Positions 25,496-38,678 of a stretch of 64,000 nt of DNA are shown piece by piece. A program made the position numbers and the translations under genes. The DNA is from Malacoraja senta (taxonomy: Eukaryota). Under the pieces are notes generated by a model that worked only from the letters and a program-made list of their open reading frames with translations, did not search any database and was not told the DNA's origin. How positions within the stretch are numbered: the first letter of the stretch is position 1; every line of letters begins with the position of its first letter. The stretch is from NCBI GenBank assembly GCA_038087875.1, contig JAXLNO010000499.1, forward strand, positions 62,001-126,000. The letters run 5' to 3'.

Positions 25496-26217
25496 CAGTG
25501 TGTTTGCGAAGGTGTTCTTTGAAGTGGCCAAAGTGGTCGAACTGTTTGTCGCAATACTGGCACACGTGCACCTTGCGGACACAGCGGGGCTTCTTGTTGC
25601 CGCCCTCCTCGTCGCGGTGGGAGGAGAGGTGCTGCTTCCAGGCGCTCTCCCTCGTGTACTGCTTGCTGCACAGGTGGCACACGTAGTTCTCGCCCGAGTG
25701 CACCTTCAGGTGCTCCTTGAAGTGGTAGAAGAGTCTGAAGGTGCGGCCGCACTTCTCGCAGCAGAACACCTTGTCGCCCTGTGCCAGCACCTCCACGATG
25801 TGGATGCCGTCCTCCGTGGAGATCGCCCCCTCCTGGGGCTGGGCGGCCGCCTCAGGCTCGCCCTCGCTCTCCGGCTCCTTGTCCAGATTGTCCTGCTGGT
25901 ACTTGCTGGTGATGTCAGCCAGCAGGGCCAGCGCCGACTCGGCGGGCCGCTCCGCGCCGGCCAGGTCTCCGGCCAGCTGCTCCGAATCATCCGTGTCCTC
26001 TGACGCCACTCCAACCCCCTCCTCCTCCAGCCGCTCCCCCTCGATCTCCACGATCTCGGCGGAAAAGACGTTCACCTGGTCGATCTCCACCGTCTCCGTC
26101 TCCTGGATGGACGGCAGCTTCTCGGTGATGACGTTTGACGTCTCGGCGATGGTCCGCTTCTTGGCCTTCCTCTTGCCCGGGTGCTTGGCCTTGGCCATGG
26201 GAGACTCGGCGCTGGTC
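25496..26217 (-). CDS. ZNF131: ZNF131 coding exon 4 (acidic linker plus three C2H2 fingers)
   Basis: 722 nt within ORF 25392..26273. Contains KKRTIAETSNVITE, SALALLADITSKY, CEKCGRTFRLFYHFKEHLKVH, CHLCSKQYTRESAWKQHLSSH and CQYCDKQFDHFGHFKEHLRKHT(G). ccatcAG acceptor, GTaag donor. Confidence 0.95.
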
Positions 26218-26776
26218 CTGATGGAAAAATACATGCACAGGGTGATCAGGACTTTAGTTCCGTTTATTGTCACGTGTACCGAGGTACAGTGAAAAGCTTG
26301 TTTGTTGCGTTCTCACCAGTCAGCAGAAAAGACAGTACGTGATTACAATCAAGCCGTCCACAGTGCACAGAAGATACATGATAAATGGAATAATGTTTGG
26401 TCACAGATTCGGTGGGCTGAAGGGCCAGTTTCCATGCTGTATCTCTCAACTCTAAACATTCCCTTCTCACCAATAACAGTCTTCTTACTTTTCAAATTGT
26501 CATGTGTAATTAGCTTAATTTAATTTAGTTTAGATTAGTTTATTGTCACGTGTGCCGAGGTACACAGAAAAGCTTTTTTGTTGCATGCTATCCATTCAGC
26601 GGAAAGACTACACATGACTACAATCAAGCTGTCCGCAGTGAACAGATACAGGTCGAAGGGAATAACGTTTTATGCAAGATAAAGTCCAGTATAGTTTGAT
26701 TAAAGAGAGCCCAAGGGTCTCCAATGAGGTAGATGGGAGGTCAGGACCGCTCTCTTGGATGGTTCAGTTGCCTGTT

Positions 26777-28165
26777 ACATAGATACATAGATACATAGAA
26801 AATAGGTGCAGGAGTAGGCCATTCGGCCCTTCGAGCCTGCACCGCCATTCAATATGATCATGGCTGATCATCCAACTCAGTATCCCGTAACTGCCTTCTC
26901 CCCATACCCCCTGATCCCCTTAGCCACAAGGGCCACATCTAACTCCCTCTTAAATATAGCCAATGAACTGGCCTCAACTACCCTCTGTGGCAGAGAGTTC
27001 CAGAGATTCACCACTCTCTGTGCGAAAACGTTTTTCCTCATCTCGGTCTTAAAGGATTTCCCCCTTATCCTTAAGCTGTGACCCCTTGTCCTGGACTTCC
27101 CCAACATCGGGAACAATCTTCCTGCATCTAGCCTGTCCAACCCCATAAGAATTTTGTACGTTTCTATAAGATCCCCTCTCAATCTCCTAAATTCTAGCGA
27201 GTATAAGCCAAGTCTATCCAGTCTTTCTTCATATGAAAGTCCTGACATCCCAGGAATCAGTCTGGTGAACCTTCTCTGCACTCCCTCTATGGCTATAATG
27301 TCCTTCCTCAGATTTGGAGACCAAAACTGTACGCAATACTCCAGGTGTGGTCTCACCAAGACCCTGTACAACTGCAGTAGAACCTCCCTGCTCCTATACT
27401 CAAATCCTTTTGCTATGAAAGCTAACATACCATTCGCTTTCTTCACTGCCTGCTGCACCTGCATGCCTACTTTCAATGACTGGTGTACCATGACACCCAG
27501 GTCTCGCTGCATCTCCCCATTTCCTAATCGGCCACCATTTAGATAATAGTCTGCTTTCCTGTTTTTGCCACCAAAGTGGATAACCTCACATTTATCCACA
27601 TTATACTGCATCTGCCAAACATTTGCCCACTCACCCAGCCTATCCAAGTCACCTTGCAGTCTCCTAGCATCCTCCTCACAGCTAACACTGCCCCCCAGCT
27701 TAGTGTCATCCGCAAACTTGGCCGTGGGAGACTTGAAGATGTTGCCTTCAATTCCCTCATCCAGTTCATTAATATAAATTGTAAATAGCTGGGGTCACAG
27801 CACTGAGCCTTGTGGTACCCCACTAGTCACTGCCTGCCATTGTGAAAAGGACCCTTTTACTCCTACTCTTTGCTTCCTGTTTGCCAGCCAGTTCTCTATC
27901 CACATCAATACTGAACCCCCAATACCGTGTGCTATAAGTTTGTATACTAATCTCTTATGTGGTACCTTGTCGAAAGCCTTCTGAAAGTCCAGATACAACA
28001 CATCCACTGGTTCTCCCCTATCCACTCTACTAGTTACATCCTCGAAAAATTCTATAAGATTCGTCAGACATGATTTACCTTTCGTAAATCCATGCTGACT
28101 TTGTCCAATGATTTCACCACTTTCCAAATGTGCTGCTATCCCATCTTTAATGTGACTCTAGCAGC
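26777..28165 (-). mobile_element. Young 5'-truncated CR1/HER1 LINE in a ZNF131 intron
   Basis: Open frames 27795..28127 and 26877..27647 (RT and C-terminus); 3' UTR and (ATCTATGT)n tail at 26777-26800. Confidence 0.93.
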
Positions 28166-28625
28166 TGAGGGGGCAGGACATGGGGAAAAAGATCCGGGGG
28201 GGTAGAAATGTCAGGAGAGGGGGGAATCAAGAATCAAGAATAGGGGAAAAGTTCAAACAATGGGGGAAAAGATGAGGAGAGGAGGGTGAATGTGAAAAAG
28301 ATCACAGAATGGGAGGAAAACAGAATGGGGGAAAAGATGAGGAGGTGAGAGAGAATGGGGGAAAAAGATCAGAGAATGGAGGGGGAAAAAATCAGAGAAT
28401 GGGAATAAGATCAGGAGGTGAGAATGGGGAAAAGATCAAGTGGGGAGCCAGAGAATGGAGGAAAAGGCCAGGGTGCAGAATGGGGCTAGTGTGTGAGAAG
28501 ACAGATGTTAGAGACAATGCTAGAACGGGGCTGTGAGTGGGACAATTAATCAGCTCCGGACACACCTAATTCAGCGGGCGGCTCACGAACACTGGATTGG
28601 CTATGTTAAGACAGCACAAGGACAC

Positions 28626-30127
28626 CAGGCACGTGCTGTCAGGGTAGGCAAGGTAGGCACTGCCTACCCTGACTAAAATTATGAAATGGCAATTATTAAA
28701 TATAAATAGTAAAGGCATGGGAGAATTATGCCTATCTAAGAGATCGATCTCTTCGGTAGGCAGAATTCTCCGTGGCTTTCATCTGCAGCACTTGTAATAC
28801 GGGAAGGTCTGTGCAGCCCACGTGCCGTCAGCGCTGCCTGAAGCCGTCAATTTCAAGCGGAGCTGAAGGCAGCTGAAATTCTGCCTTTGCAGTACTGCGC
28901 AGGCGCAGCAGCCTTCTGCGCATGCGCAGCGCAAGTTTCTTGGCGGGTTTTTTAAATATGGATTGTCATTATTTTAAGAATATCTTAGGAAACAAAGAGG
29001 TGAAGAATGGAATTCATGTGCCGATAATGTGGTAAGTACATTTCTTGGTGCTTTATGATTTTAAATATCGTATTTCCCGGGGTGGGTGGGGAGAGCTCCT
29101 TTCACAGTGTTTGGGGAGTCTGGCCTGGGGTAAAGTTGCGGGGAGGGCAGGAGCGTTGTGAAGGAGGGGGTCGGGGCCAGTAACCCACTTGCGACGCTCC
29201 GGGCACGGAGCCACCGCATTGTGGCAGGGGTGTGAATTAGCTCGGGTGGCTGCCGCAGCGCTCCGGGCACGGACAGCAGAACTGGCCGCCACTTCCGAGG
29301 AAGGAAGCAACTCGGGTGACTGTGAGCGGCCGCCGGGACCCGACAGCAGAACCGGCTGCCACTTCAGCCCCTTCTGCTGGTCCCCGCTCACCTCTGGCAG
29401 TGCTCTCCGTCTGAACACCTCTCTCCTGCCGCTTGCCGGTCGGCTTCCCGCAAATCCTTAAATTCCGACAGCGCTCAAGGGACCAATTGAGGTTACTCGT
29501 CTGTGGGAATTTAAGGATTTGCGGGACGTGGCTGACATGAGTGAAGCCGGCGAGCGGCAGGTGAGAGGTGTTCAGACGGAGAGCACTGCCAGAGGTGAGC
29601 GGGCCGGCAGAAGGCGCTGAAGTGGCAGCCGGTTCTGCTGTTGGGTCCCGGCGGCCGCTCGCAGTCACCTGAGCTGCTTCTATCCCTGGAAGTGGCGACC
29701 AGTTCTGCTGTCCGTGCCCGGAGCGCTGCAGCAGCGGTGAGTGAGTTACTGATATGATCTCCGACCCCCTCCTTCTCAACACTCCTGCCCTCCCCGCATC
29801 TTTAACCCCTGGCACAGACTTTCCACACGCTGTGAAAGGAACTCTCCCTCCAATAGGACCCTTGAATTAGTATTGTCATTCAATTAAATGACTGATTCAA
29901 CGTCCCGGTGTGCTCCCGTTTTTCCCACCATCTCTCCACCTGCCTTCATCCTCCATCCCCCACCCATTGTAATTAAAAAATGAAGGAGATTTAGAAGCCT
30001 TTGGAAAATTGAATTGTTACTTATTTTTATTTTTTACGGAGAGAACAATCTGCGCATGCGCGGTTTAAGGTTTTTTTTAAAGCCGACTGAATGCCTACCC
30101 TGAGTAATTACTCACGGCACGTGCCTG
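28626..30127. mobile_element. hAT-type non-autonomous transposon, 1502 bp, with a large internal inverted repeat
   Basis: TIR CAGGCACGTGC / GCACGTGCCTG; perfect 8-bp TSD AAGGACAC (28618-28625 and 30128-30135); subterminal AGGGTAGGCA motifs. Confidence 0.88.
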
Positions 30128-30384
30128 AAGGACACCGATGTGGAAGAAAGGTCCTCGCCCATGTAAAAAAAGCTCAGTTATGGAAGCGTAGTAGCCCAGC
30201 TAGTAAAGCTGCTGCCTCACAGCTCCACTGATCCAGGTTCAACACACACCCCAGTGGAGTCTGTGCCTTCTCCCTGTCACTGTACGAGTTTCCACCGGGT
30301 GCTCCGGTTTCCTCCCATGTCCAAGAGTCGTGTGGGTTTGTAGGTTAATTGGTCGCCGTAAATAGACCTTAACGTATAGGGGCG

Positions 30385-30692
30385 TTTAGTTTAGTTTTAG
30401 AGATACAGCGTGGAAACAGGCCCTTCGGCCCACTGAGTCTGCACCGACCAGTGATCCCCGCACATTAACACCACCCTACACACACTAGGGACAATTTTAC
30501 ACTTATACCAAGCCAATGAACCTACAAACCTGTACGTCTTTGGAGTGTGGGGTAAACCGAAAATCTCGGAGAAAACCCACGCAAGTCACGGGGGGAACGT
30601 ACAAACTCCGTACAGATACCACCCATAGTCGGGATCAAACCCAGGTGTCTGGCGCGGAACGGCAGTAGCACTAACGCTACACCACCGTGCCG
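30385..30692 (-). mobile_element. V-SINE (HE1-like)
   Basis: Reverse complement of the 22517 and 33292 copies. Confidence 0.82.
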
Positions 30693-32220
30693 GCGGAGTA
30701 GTCTGGGAGGAGTTGATGAGATTATAAATGGTATTAGTGTAGTGTTCGTGCAAATGGTTCATTGACGGCCAGCATGCATTCGTTGTCTGTGTCGTGTGAT
30801 TCTGCATCCTCAACTAAGCTGGGTCCCGGAGCGATAGTGTCATAAAGGGCGGTAACAGGACCTTCAGCCCAACTTGCCCACACTGAGCCTCGTGCCCTTT
30901 CTACACTAGTCCCATCTGCCTGCGTGTGAGGCAATCGTATTTACACAGAGGGTAGTGGGTGCCTGGAACTGGGTGGTGGAGGCAGGGACGGTAGTGGCTT
31001 TTGGATGGACACATGGACGTGCAGGGAATGGAGGGATATGGATTAGGTGCAGCTAGATAGGAGATGGTCTTGGCATCATATTTGGCACAGAGAATGTGGG
31101 CCGATGGGGCCTGTTCTTAAGCTGTACTGTTCTATGTTTATTTACTTCTATCGGTTAAGTTCATGGCCTTCTTTACTCCAGGGGAGACAAGCCCAGGCCA
31201 TCGGGAAACAGTCCCGGTCCTGTTGGGAAACAAAAAAAGACACAAAGTGCTGGAGTAACGCAGTGGGTCATGCAGCAACTCTGGAGAACAAAAATATACC
31301 TGACCCACTGAGTTAGTTGTGTCTTTTCTTTTGTAAACCAGCGTTGACAGTTCCTTCTGTCTCCAGTGGGAAATAAGCCAGCCCATCCAAATAGCCTACT
31401 CTAGGACTTAGTTTTTTAGTTTAGAGATAACTGTTTCATAAGCCAATTTACCTGGTGTGGGAGGAAGCCGGAGCACCTGGAGACAACCCACACAGTCACA
31501 GGGAGAACGTACAAACTCCATACAGTCTCACTTCCAGCCAGATCTCCTCCTCGGTGGAATAAGATGGGGCCCACTAAGCCCATGCCAGCACAGTGGCACA
31601 GAGATAAAGCTGCTGCCTTACGGCGCCAGACACCCGGGTGTGATCCTGACTACGGGTGCAGTCTGTAGGGAGTTTGTACTGTGACCACGTGGGTTTCCTC
31701 CGGGTGCTCCAGTTTCCTCCAACACTCCAAAAACATTCAGGTTTGTGGGTCTGAAGGGTCACGACCCGAAACGTCACCCATTCCTTCTCTCAAGAGATGC
31801 TGCCTGTCCCACTGAGTTACTCCAGCATTTTGTGTCTATTTTCAGGCTTGTAGATTAATTGGATGCTGTAAATTGACATTAGTGTGTAGGATAGTGCGAG
31901 TGTACACGGTGTTCAGTTTAGTTGAGAGATGATTGGTGGTCGGCACGGACTCAGTGGGCCGAAGGGACTGTTTCCACGCTGTATCTCTAAAGTCAAAAGT
32001 CTACTAAGGCCATGATTTTTCTAATTTAACATCCTGTTCCTAAAGAAATCTTCTCTGTCAATTTCCCTACCACAGACATAAGGCTTATTGTTCTAAAATG
32101 TCCTGGATTGTTCCTGTTGCCTTCCTTAAACAAAGGAAACAGCATTTCCACGCTGCATCTCTAAAATCAGCTCAGCACCAGCCTCAGGAAGAGTGGAGAC
32201 AAGCAGCGGCGGGTAGTTAC

Positions 32221-32365
32221 CGGTTGTTGAGGGCTTTCATCGCCTCCTCCATCTGCAGGTATTCGGCGGCTTTCCACACGTCGCTCGCCTCCTCCTCCTG
32301 CAGCACCATCAGCTTGGCCGTGTAGGTGAACTCGATCAGGTGCTGGAACGCCAGGTTGCTCACCC
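32221..32365 (-). CDS. ZNF131: ZNF131 coding exon 3 (end of BTB domain)
   Basis: 145 nt, (G)VSNLAFQHLIEFTYTAKLMVLQEEEASDVWKAAEYLQMEEAMKALNN(R); ccccAG acceptor and GTaac donor; phase 1 to phase 2. Confidence 0.95.
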
Positions 32366-33291
32366 CTGGGGACGGAGAGCAAAACGTCAGCCCCGCTCAT
32401 GACAAACTCATCGCAACCCGCCCCGACCAGTGAGCAGCATGGTGGCACAACGGTCGAGTTGCCGCCTCACAGCGCCAGAGACCCAGCTTCCATCCTGACC
32501 TCGGGTGCTGTCTGTACGCAGTTTGTCCGTCCTGTTCTCCCCGTGACCTGCGTGGGTTTTCTCCGAGTGCTCCGGTTTCCTCCCACACTCCAAAGTCGTG
32601 CAATTTTGTAAGATAATTGTCATCGGTAATTGTAATATTGCCCCTAGTGTGTACGATAGCATTAGTGTATGGGATGATTGGCATGGATCAGTCGGCCGCA
32701 GGGCCTGTTTGCGCGCTGTATCTCTAAAACTAGAAATTAAAACCAATTGTGCAGAAGAAGCTGCAGCAAACACTGGGTTTATGGGTGCTGAATTTACCCC
32801 TGAGTTACCAGGCTTGTGAACGGTCAGAGTCATACAGCGTGGAAACAGACCGTTCGGCCGAATGCCCACGCCAACACGTTCCATCTACACTAGTCCCACT
32901 TGCCTGCATTCGGCCCATATCCCTCTAGACCTGACATGTACCTATCTAAATATTTTTTGAACATTGTGATAGTATCTGCCTCAACTACCTCCTCCACCAG
33001 CTCATTCCATATATCTACTACCCCATGTGGAAAAGCTTGGCCCTCAGGTTCCTATTAATTTTATCCCCCCCTCAGCTTAAACCTATGTTCTCTGGTTCTC
33101 GATTCCCCAACTCTGTGCGTTTACCCGATCTATTCATCTCATGATTTTGTACACGTCTTTAAGATCGCCCCGCATCCTCCTGCGCTCCAAGGAATAGAGT
33201 CCTAGCCTGCTCAATCTCTCCCTACAGCTCTGGTCCTCGAGTCCTGGCAACATCCTCGTAAATCTTCTCTGCACCCTTTCCAGCTTAACAT

Positions 33292-33613
33292 GGTCATGGT
33301 GGCGCAGCGGTAGAGTTGCTGCCTTACAGCGAATGCAGCGCCGGAGACCACGGGTTCGATCCTGACTACGGGTGCTGTCTGTACGGAGTTTGTACGTTCT
33401 CCCCGTGACCTGCGTGGGTTTTCTGCGAGATCTTCGGTTTCCTCCCACACTCCAAAGACGTACAGGTTTGTAGTTTAATTGGCTTGGTAAATGTTAGGAA
33501 AAATTGTCCCTAATGGGTGTAGGATAGTGTTAATGTGCGGGGATCGCTGGTCGGCGCGGACCCGGTGGGCCGAAAGGGCCTGTTTCCGCGCTGTATCTCT
33601 AAACTAAACTAAC
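33292..33613 (+). mobile_element. Full-length V-SINE (HE1-like); other copies near 2834, 31590, 32440, 34930(-), 36270, 36470(-)
   Basis: Intact A/B boxes, V-domain and (CTAAA)n tail. Confidence 0.88.
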
Positions 33614-34623
33614 CATTGAATTTAGATAGACTGACCTTTGGGTGAACTCAGACAAAATGGCCTTTAATAGGTGCATTCAGAATTGACAATGAATAGGTGA
33701 ATTCAGACAGAATGGAAAATGGATGTGTGAATTCAGAGAGATTGGACAATGGAAGGGAGATTTCAGAGAGAATGGGGATGGGTGAGTGAATTCAGATGGA
33801 CAGACCTTTGCGTGAATTCAGATAGAATGGCCTTTGAATACAATGGTCAATGGATGGTTAATTCAGAGGGAAATTGCATGGTTTAGGTTTGTTATCGTCA
33901 CCTGTACCGAGGTACAATGAAAAGCTTTGTTTTGCATGTTATCCAACAGATCGGATAATACTTTTCATAAATACAGTCAAACTCAAGTACAATAGATGGA
34001 GCAAAGGAGAGGATACTTTGCTCCACCCAATGGTTCTCAGCATTATAGCACATCAGTTCCGTGGATAAAGTCCAATGTCCAAGGAATAATGTCCTAGCCT
34101 GACCAACATTTCCCTGTAGCTCAGGCCCTCAGTTCTGGCAACATCCTCATAAATCTTCTTTGCACTCTTTTCAGCTTAATGACATCCCTCCCAGAGCAAG
34201 CCAACAAAACTGAACACAACTAAATGCGGCTCCATCAACATCTTGTACTACTTTAACAAAATGGTTCAACTTCTGTACTCTGTACCAGGACTCATGAAGG
34301 CCAATGTATCAAACGCCTTCTTCACCACCCTAACTACGTGTGATGCCAATTTCAGGGAACTAGGTCCCAGTAAGGCTAGATCCCTCTGTCTTCAGCATTC
34401 CCAGCACCCCGCCATTCACTGTGAAGCTTCTGCCCTGGTTTGACTTCCAAAACTGCAACATCTCGCACTTATTTGCAGCAAACTCCATTAGCCGTTCCTC
34501 AGCCCACTTGTCCAACTGATCCAGATCCTGCTGTAATTTTTCATAATGGATTGAGTCACGAAGTACATTTTTCTATCATTCACTGTGAAGGCCCTGCCCG
34601 TTGATGTTTCAGCCAAAACCTAC

Positions 34624-34725
34624 CTTCAATCTCCACCAAGGGTTCCTCCTGGAAATCTTGGAAAAAGCGGCAGAAGAACTGGCTGCAGGCGGCAAGGACA
34701 GCCTTGTGGGCTTTGAAATGGTGAC
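34624..34725 (-). CDS. ZNF131: ZNF131 coding exon 2 (BTB domain)
   Basis: 102 nt, (G)HHFKAHKAVLAACSQFFCRFFQDFQEEPLVEIE(G); cacAG acceptor and GTa donor; phase continues from the previous exon. Too short for the ORF track, read manually. Confidence 0.95.
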
Positions 34726-35207
34726 CTGTGGAACACAACTCAATTTTACCCTTCCTCAAATGTAATCATTGCTTTTCATCACAGGCAAATGACATACCAG
34801 GAGAAGTCAAATGCAGGCACAAGGAATTGCAGACGCTGGTTTGCAAACAAAAAAAGACAAAGCGCTGGAGTAATTCAGCGGGTCAGGCAGCATCTCTGGA
34901 GAACATGGACGTTTCGGATCGGGGCCCTTCTTAGTTTAGAGATACAGGTGGAAACAGACCTTTCGGCCACACTGACCAGCGATCTCCGTACACTAACACC
35001 ATCTTACACACACGAGGGACAATTTACAATTTTACCGAGCTAATTATTATACAAATCCGTACGTCTTTGATGTGCGGGAGGAAACCGTAGCACCAGGAGA
35101 AAACCCACGCAGGTCACAGGGAGAACGTACAAACTCCGTACAGACAGCACCCTTGGTCATGATGGTCTCTGGCGCTGTGAGGCAGCAACTCTACCGCTTG
35201 GCCACTG

Positions 35208-35450
35208 TTCTCCAGAGATGCTACCTGACCCACTGAGTTACTCCAGCACTCTGTGAAACGTCACCTATCCAAGTTCTCCAGAGATGCTGCCTGACCCGCT
35301 GAGTTACTCCAGCACTCTGTGAAACGTCACCTATCAATGTTTTCCAGAGATGCCGCTTGTCCCGCTGAGTTACTCCAGCACTCTGTGAAACGTCACCTAC
35401 CCATGATCTCCAGAGATGCTGCCTGACCCGCTGAGTTACTCCAGTACTCT
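35208..35450 (+). repeat. 66-bp tandem repeat (about 3.5 copies) derived from a Penelope tail
   Basis: Unit TCTCCAGAGATGCTGCCTGACCCGCTGAGTTACTCCAGCACTCTGTGAAACGTCACCTATCCATGT. Confidence 0.85.
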
Positions 35451-35578
35451 GTGTTTCTTTTTTTTTTTAGAACACTGGCGTTTGCTGCTTTATTGGGCAA
35501 ATCACAGCTCCTCCCCTGAAGGGCAAAGCTCAAGCACGAACCCAGACCCTGTGTGCAAGACAAAGGTGAAATACTGAC

Positions 35579-35705
35579 CGTCCACAATGAGAGTGATATC
35601 AGTAAACTGCTCCTGCTGTCTCTGTTCATTCAATCTGTCCAGTACGACCTTGTAGTGGCTTGGTACCTCGTGAACAGTGTCCACCAACACCTCCTCTGCC
35701 TCCAT
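35579..35705 (-). CDS. ZNF131: ZNF131 first coding exon (start of BTB/POZ domain)
   Basis: Encodes MEAEEVLVDTVHEVPSHYKVVLDRLNEQRQQEQFTDITLIVD(G), matching the vertebrate ZNF131 N-terminus as I recall it. Acceptor tttcctcAG at 35716-35715 (exon starts 35714), donor GTcagt at 35578, phase 1. Confidence 0.95.
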
Positions 35706-36983
35706 GTCCGGTAACTGAGGAAACAAAGCACAAACCTACATTTAAATAAAAAATAAAAATAAAAGAAGTGCAGAACAAGATTAATAGGAACCAGTGGGAC
35801 AATTTTTTTTTACACAAAGGGTTGCGGGGTTGAGGATGACCTGAAGCGGGGCCTTACATCGCCCGGCGCGGCTTTAATGGGACTTGGTTCTTTTTACTTG
35901 TTTGTATGACTGCAGAAACCAAATTACGTTTGAACTTAGGTTCAAATGACAACAAATAAATTGTATCATTGTATATGGAACGAGCTGCCAGAGGAGGTAG
36001 ATGAGGCAGGTAATATCACAACGTTTAAGAAACATTTGGGCCAGTACATGGATAGGATCGGTTTAGAGGGATACGGGCCAAAGGCAGGCAGGTGGGACTA
36101 GTGTAGATGGGGCATGTTGGTCAGTGTGGGCAAGTTGGGCTGAAGGGCATGTTTCCACGCTGTATGACTGTAACAAGTTCTAACGAAGGGTTAGAGATCT
36201 GAGATATTAACTCCTTCATTTTCCACAGATGCTGAGTGCTTTCCACTGAATTACTTGAAATCTTTGGGGCGGCACTGTATCTGGTAGGGCCGCTGCCTCA
36301 CAGCGCAAGAGAGCCCGGTTAGATTGGGTGCAGTCTATGTGGAGTTGGCACGTTCTCCCTGTGACCGCGTGGGGTTTCTTCGGGTGCTCTGGTTTCCACC
36401 CACACCCCAAAGACGTGCGGGTTTGTAGATTAATCTGTAAATAGCCCCTAGGGTGAAGGAGGTGGTCCGCGCCAATCAGCGATCCTCATGCACTAACACT
36501 ATCCTATACACACTAGAGACAATTAACATATCACCAAGCCAATTAACCTACAAACCTGTACGTCTTTGGAGCGTGGGAGGAAACCAGATATCCCGGAGAA
36601 AACCCACGCAGGTCACGGGGAGAACGTACAGACTCCATACAGACAGCAACTGTAGTCAGGGTCTCTGCCTCTGTAAGGCAGCAACTCTACCGCTGCACCA
36701 CTGTGCTATCCAAATCCCACATTTCTCTGCCCAAACTCCAATTAATCTACAAATTGGTGCATCCTTTCACAATCTTCCTCGCCCCCCACAACTCCACCAA
36801 TTAATGTGTCTTCTGCAAACTTCCTAATCAGAATGTCTGTGTCTGTGTGCCGTGTCTCTCTCAAATACAAAGATCTTTTTAACAACCAAAAAAGCTCTTT
36901 TGTTACAGCAAGCTAAAAATACTAAAGGCCATTCATTTGTTACATTGTTTAATAGAGTTAAGTGTTGATCCAAGCGATTGCTT

Positions 36984-37181
36984 GTCAATTTCAACCTCTT
37001 GTCAATTTCAACGCCTGGTCAATTTCAACCCCTGGTCAATTTCAACCCCTGGTCAATTTCAACCTCTTGTCAATTTCAACCTCTTGTCAAATTCAACCTC
37101 TTGTCAATTTCAACCCCTGGTCAATTTCAACGCCTGGTCAATTTCAACCCCTGGTCAATTTCAACCCCAGGTCAATTTCAA
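36984..37181. repeat. 17-bp minisatellite (GTCAATTTCAACCCCTG, about 11 copies)
   Basis: Direct inspection. Confidence 0.92.
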
Positions 37182-37604
37182 TAGCCTATGCAGGGTCACT
37201 AGCAGACTATTCTGAAAGATACAGTCTGCTATAACCGAAATCCATTATAAACGAGTCTGTACTAGTGACGGTTTATTGTATATATCTATACACTCATGTA
37301 TAAACCTATATATACCTATTCATGTATAAACCTATACATGTCTGAAGAAGGGTCGCGACCCGAAGCGTCACCCATTCCGTCTCTCCAGAGATGCTGCCTA
37401 TTCTGCTAAGTTACTCCAGCATTTTGTGTCTATCTTCGATTTAAACCAGCATCTGCAGTTCTTTCCTACACATATATAATCCTATATATATTTGTCTGCA
37501 CTTAGTTTTATTATGGGGAAGAGATGAATCATTTTTGATGAAGTAACTAGATTACAAAAGGAGCTGACCTTCCTGCCACATCTGGAAGAGAGACGAGAAG
37601 AGAC

Positions 37605-37975
37605 GATACAGCGGGGTCCGGAGTGGAGACTGCGGGACCTGGAGCTGATACAGCGGGGTCCGGAGCGGAGACTGCGGGACCTGGAGCAGATACAGCGGGG
37701 TCCGGAGCGGAGACTGCGGGACCTGGAGCTGGTGCGGCGGGGTCCGGAGCGGAGACTGCGGGACCTGGAGCTGATGCAGCGGGGTCCGGAGCGGAGACTG
37801 CGGGACCTGGAGCTGATACAGCGGGGTCCGGAGCGGAGACTGCGGGACCTGGAGCTGATGCAGCGGGGTCCGGAGCGGAGACGGCGGGGCCTGGAGCTGG
37901 GGCGGTGGCCCGGAGCGGAGACTGCGGGACCCGGGGCTGATGCTGTGGCGGGCCGTCTCGGAGCGGAGACGGCGT
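37605..37975. repeat. 42-bp GC-rich minisatellite within a SINE-like repeat (37590-38260)
   Basis: Unit GATACAGCGGGGTCCGGAGCGGAGACTGCGGGACCTGGAGCT, about 8 copies. Confidence 0.9.
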
Positions 37976-38678
37976 TCCTGCGGCGGCGACATCACCACGG
38001 AGGTCCGCTGGACTGGAGGGCGGCATCTTCGGCCTGGATCGATCGCCTCAGCGCAGAGGGAGAACAAGGAGGGAAGAGACGGAGACTAAGACTTTGCCTC
38101 CATCACAGTGAGGGTGTACTTGGTGAACTCACTGTGGTGGATGTTTAATTTGTGTTTATTGTATGTTTTGTTATTATTGGTTCTGTGTATGACTGCAGGC
38201 ATCACAGTTTCGTTCAGACCGAAAGGTCTGAATGACAATAAAGGAAACTTGACTTGACTTGAAGGGAACAAGAACATTGTGCAACAGCTGGAGAAAGGAA
38301 TAGATTTAACACAGAGCCAGATGCGCGCGGGAAGGAACAGGGAGATTGCTATCTTTCACAATTTTACAATGAAAATGTGACTCCCATTGAGAAATGACTT
38401 TTTGATCAGCTGAGGATAAATTAGTCGTTTCACCACACATATTGTGCAGCTGCCAAAGAAGTAGAGCCAGGAAGAATTAACACTGCAACATTCCCATTAA
38501 ATCCGATCCTAAACCTCTCACCCTCACATAACTATTTCTTGGGCTTATAGAGTCATGGTCATACAGCACAGAAACTAGCTCGAGGGCCTGAGCTGTAGGC
38601 AGAGGTCAGGCAGGCTAGGACTTTCTTCCTTAGAGCGCAGGAGACCGAGGAGTGATCTTATAGAGGTGTATAAAACAT

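Noticed and set aside
25470..26292. Plus-strand ORFs of 177 and 183 aa
   Set aside because: Antisense shadows of the GC3-rich ZNF131 exon.
33292..33375. tRNA-like A/B boxes as tRNA genes
   Set aside because: These are SINE heads followed by V-domain and LINE-like tails; no complete cloverleaf.
37547..38148. Pro/Ala-rich repeat ORFs on both strands
   Set aside because: A stop-free 42-bp GC-rich minisatellite within a repeat element; no splice or homology support.
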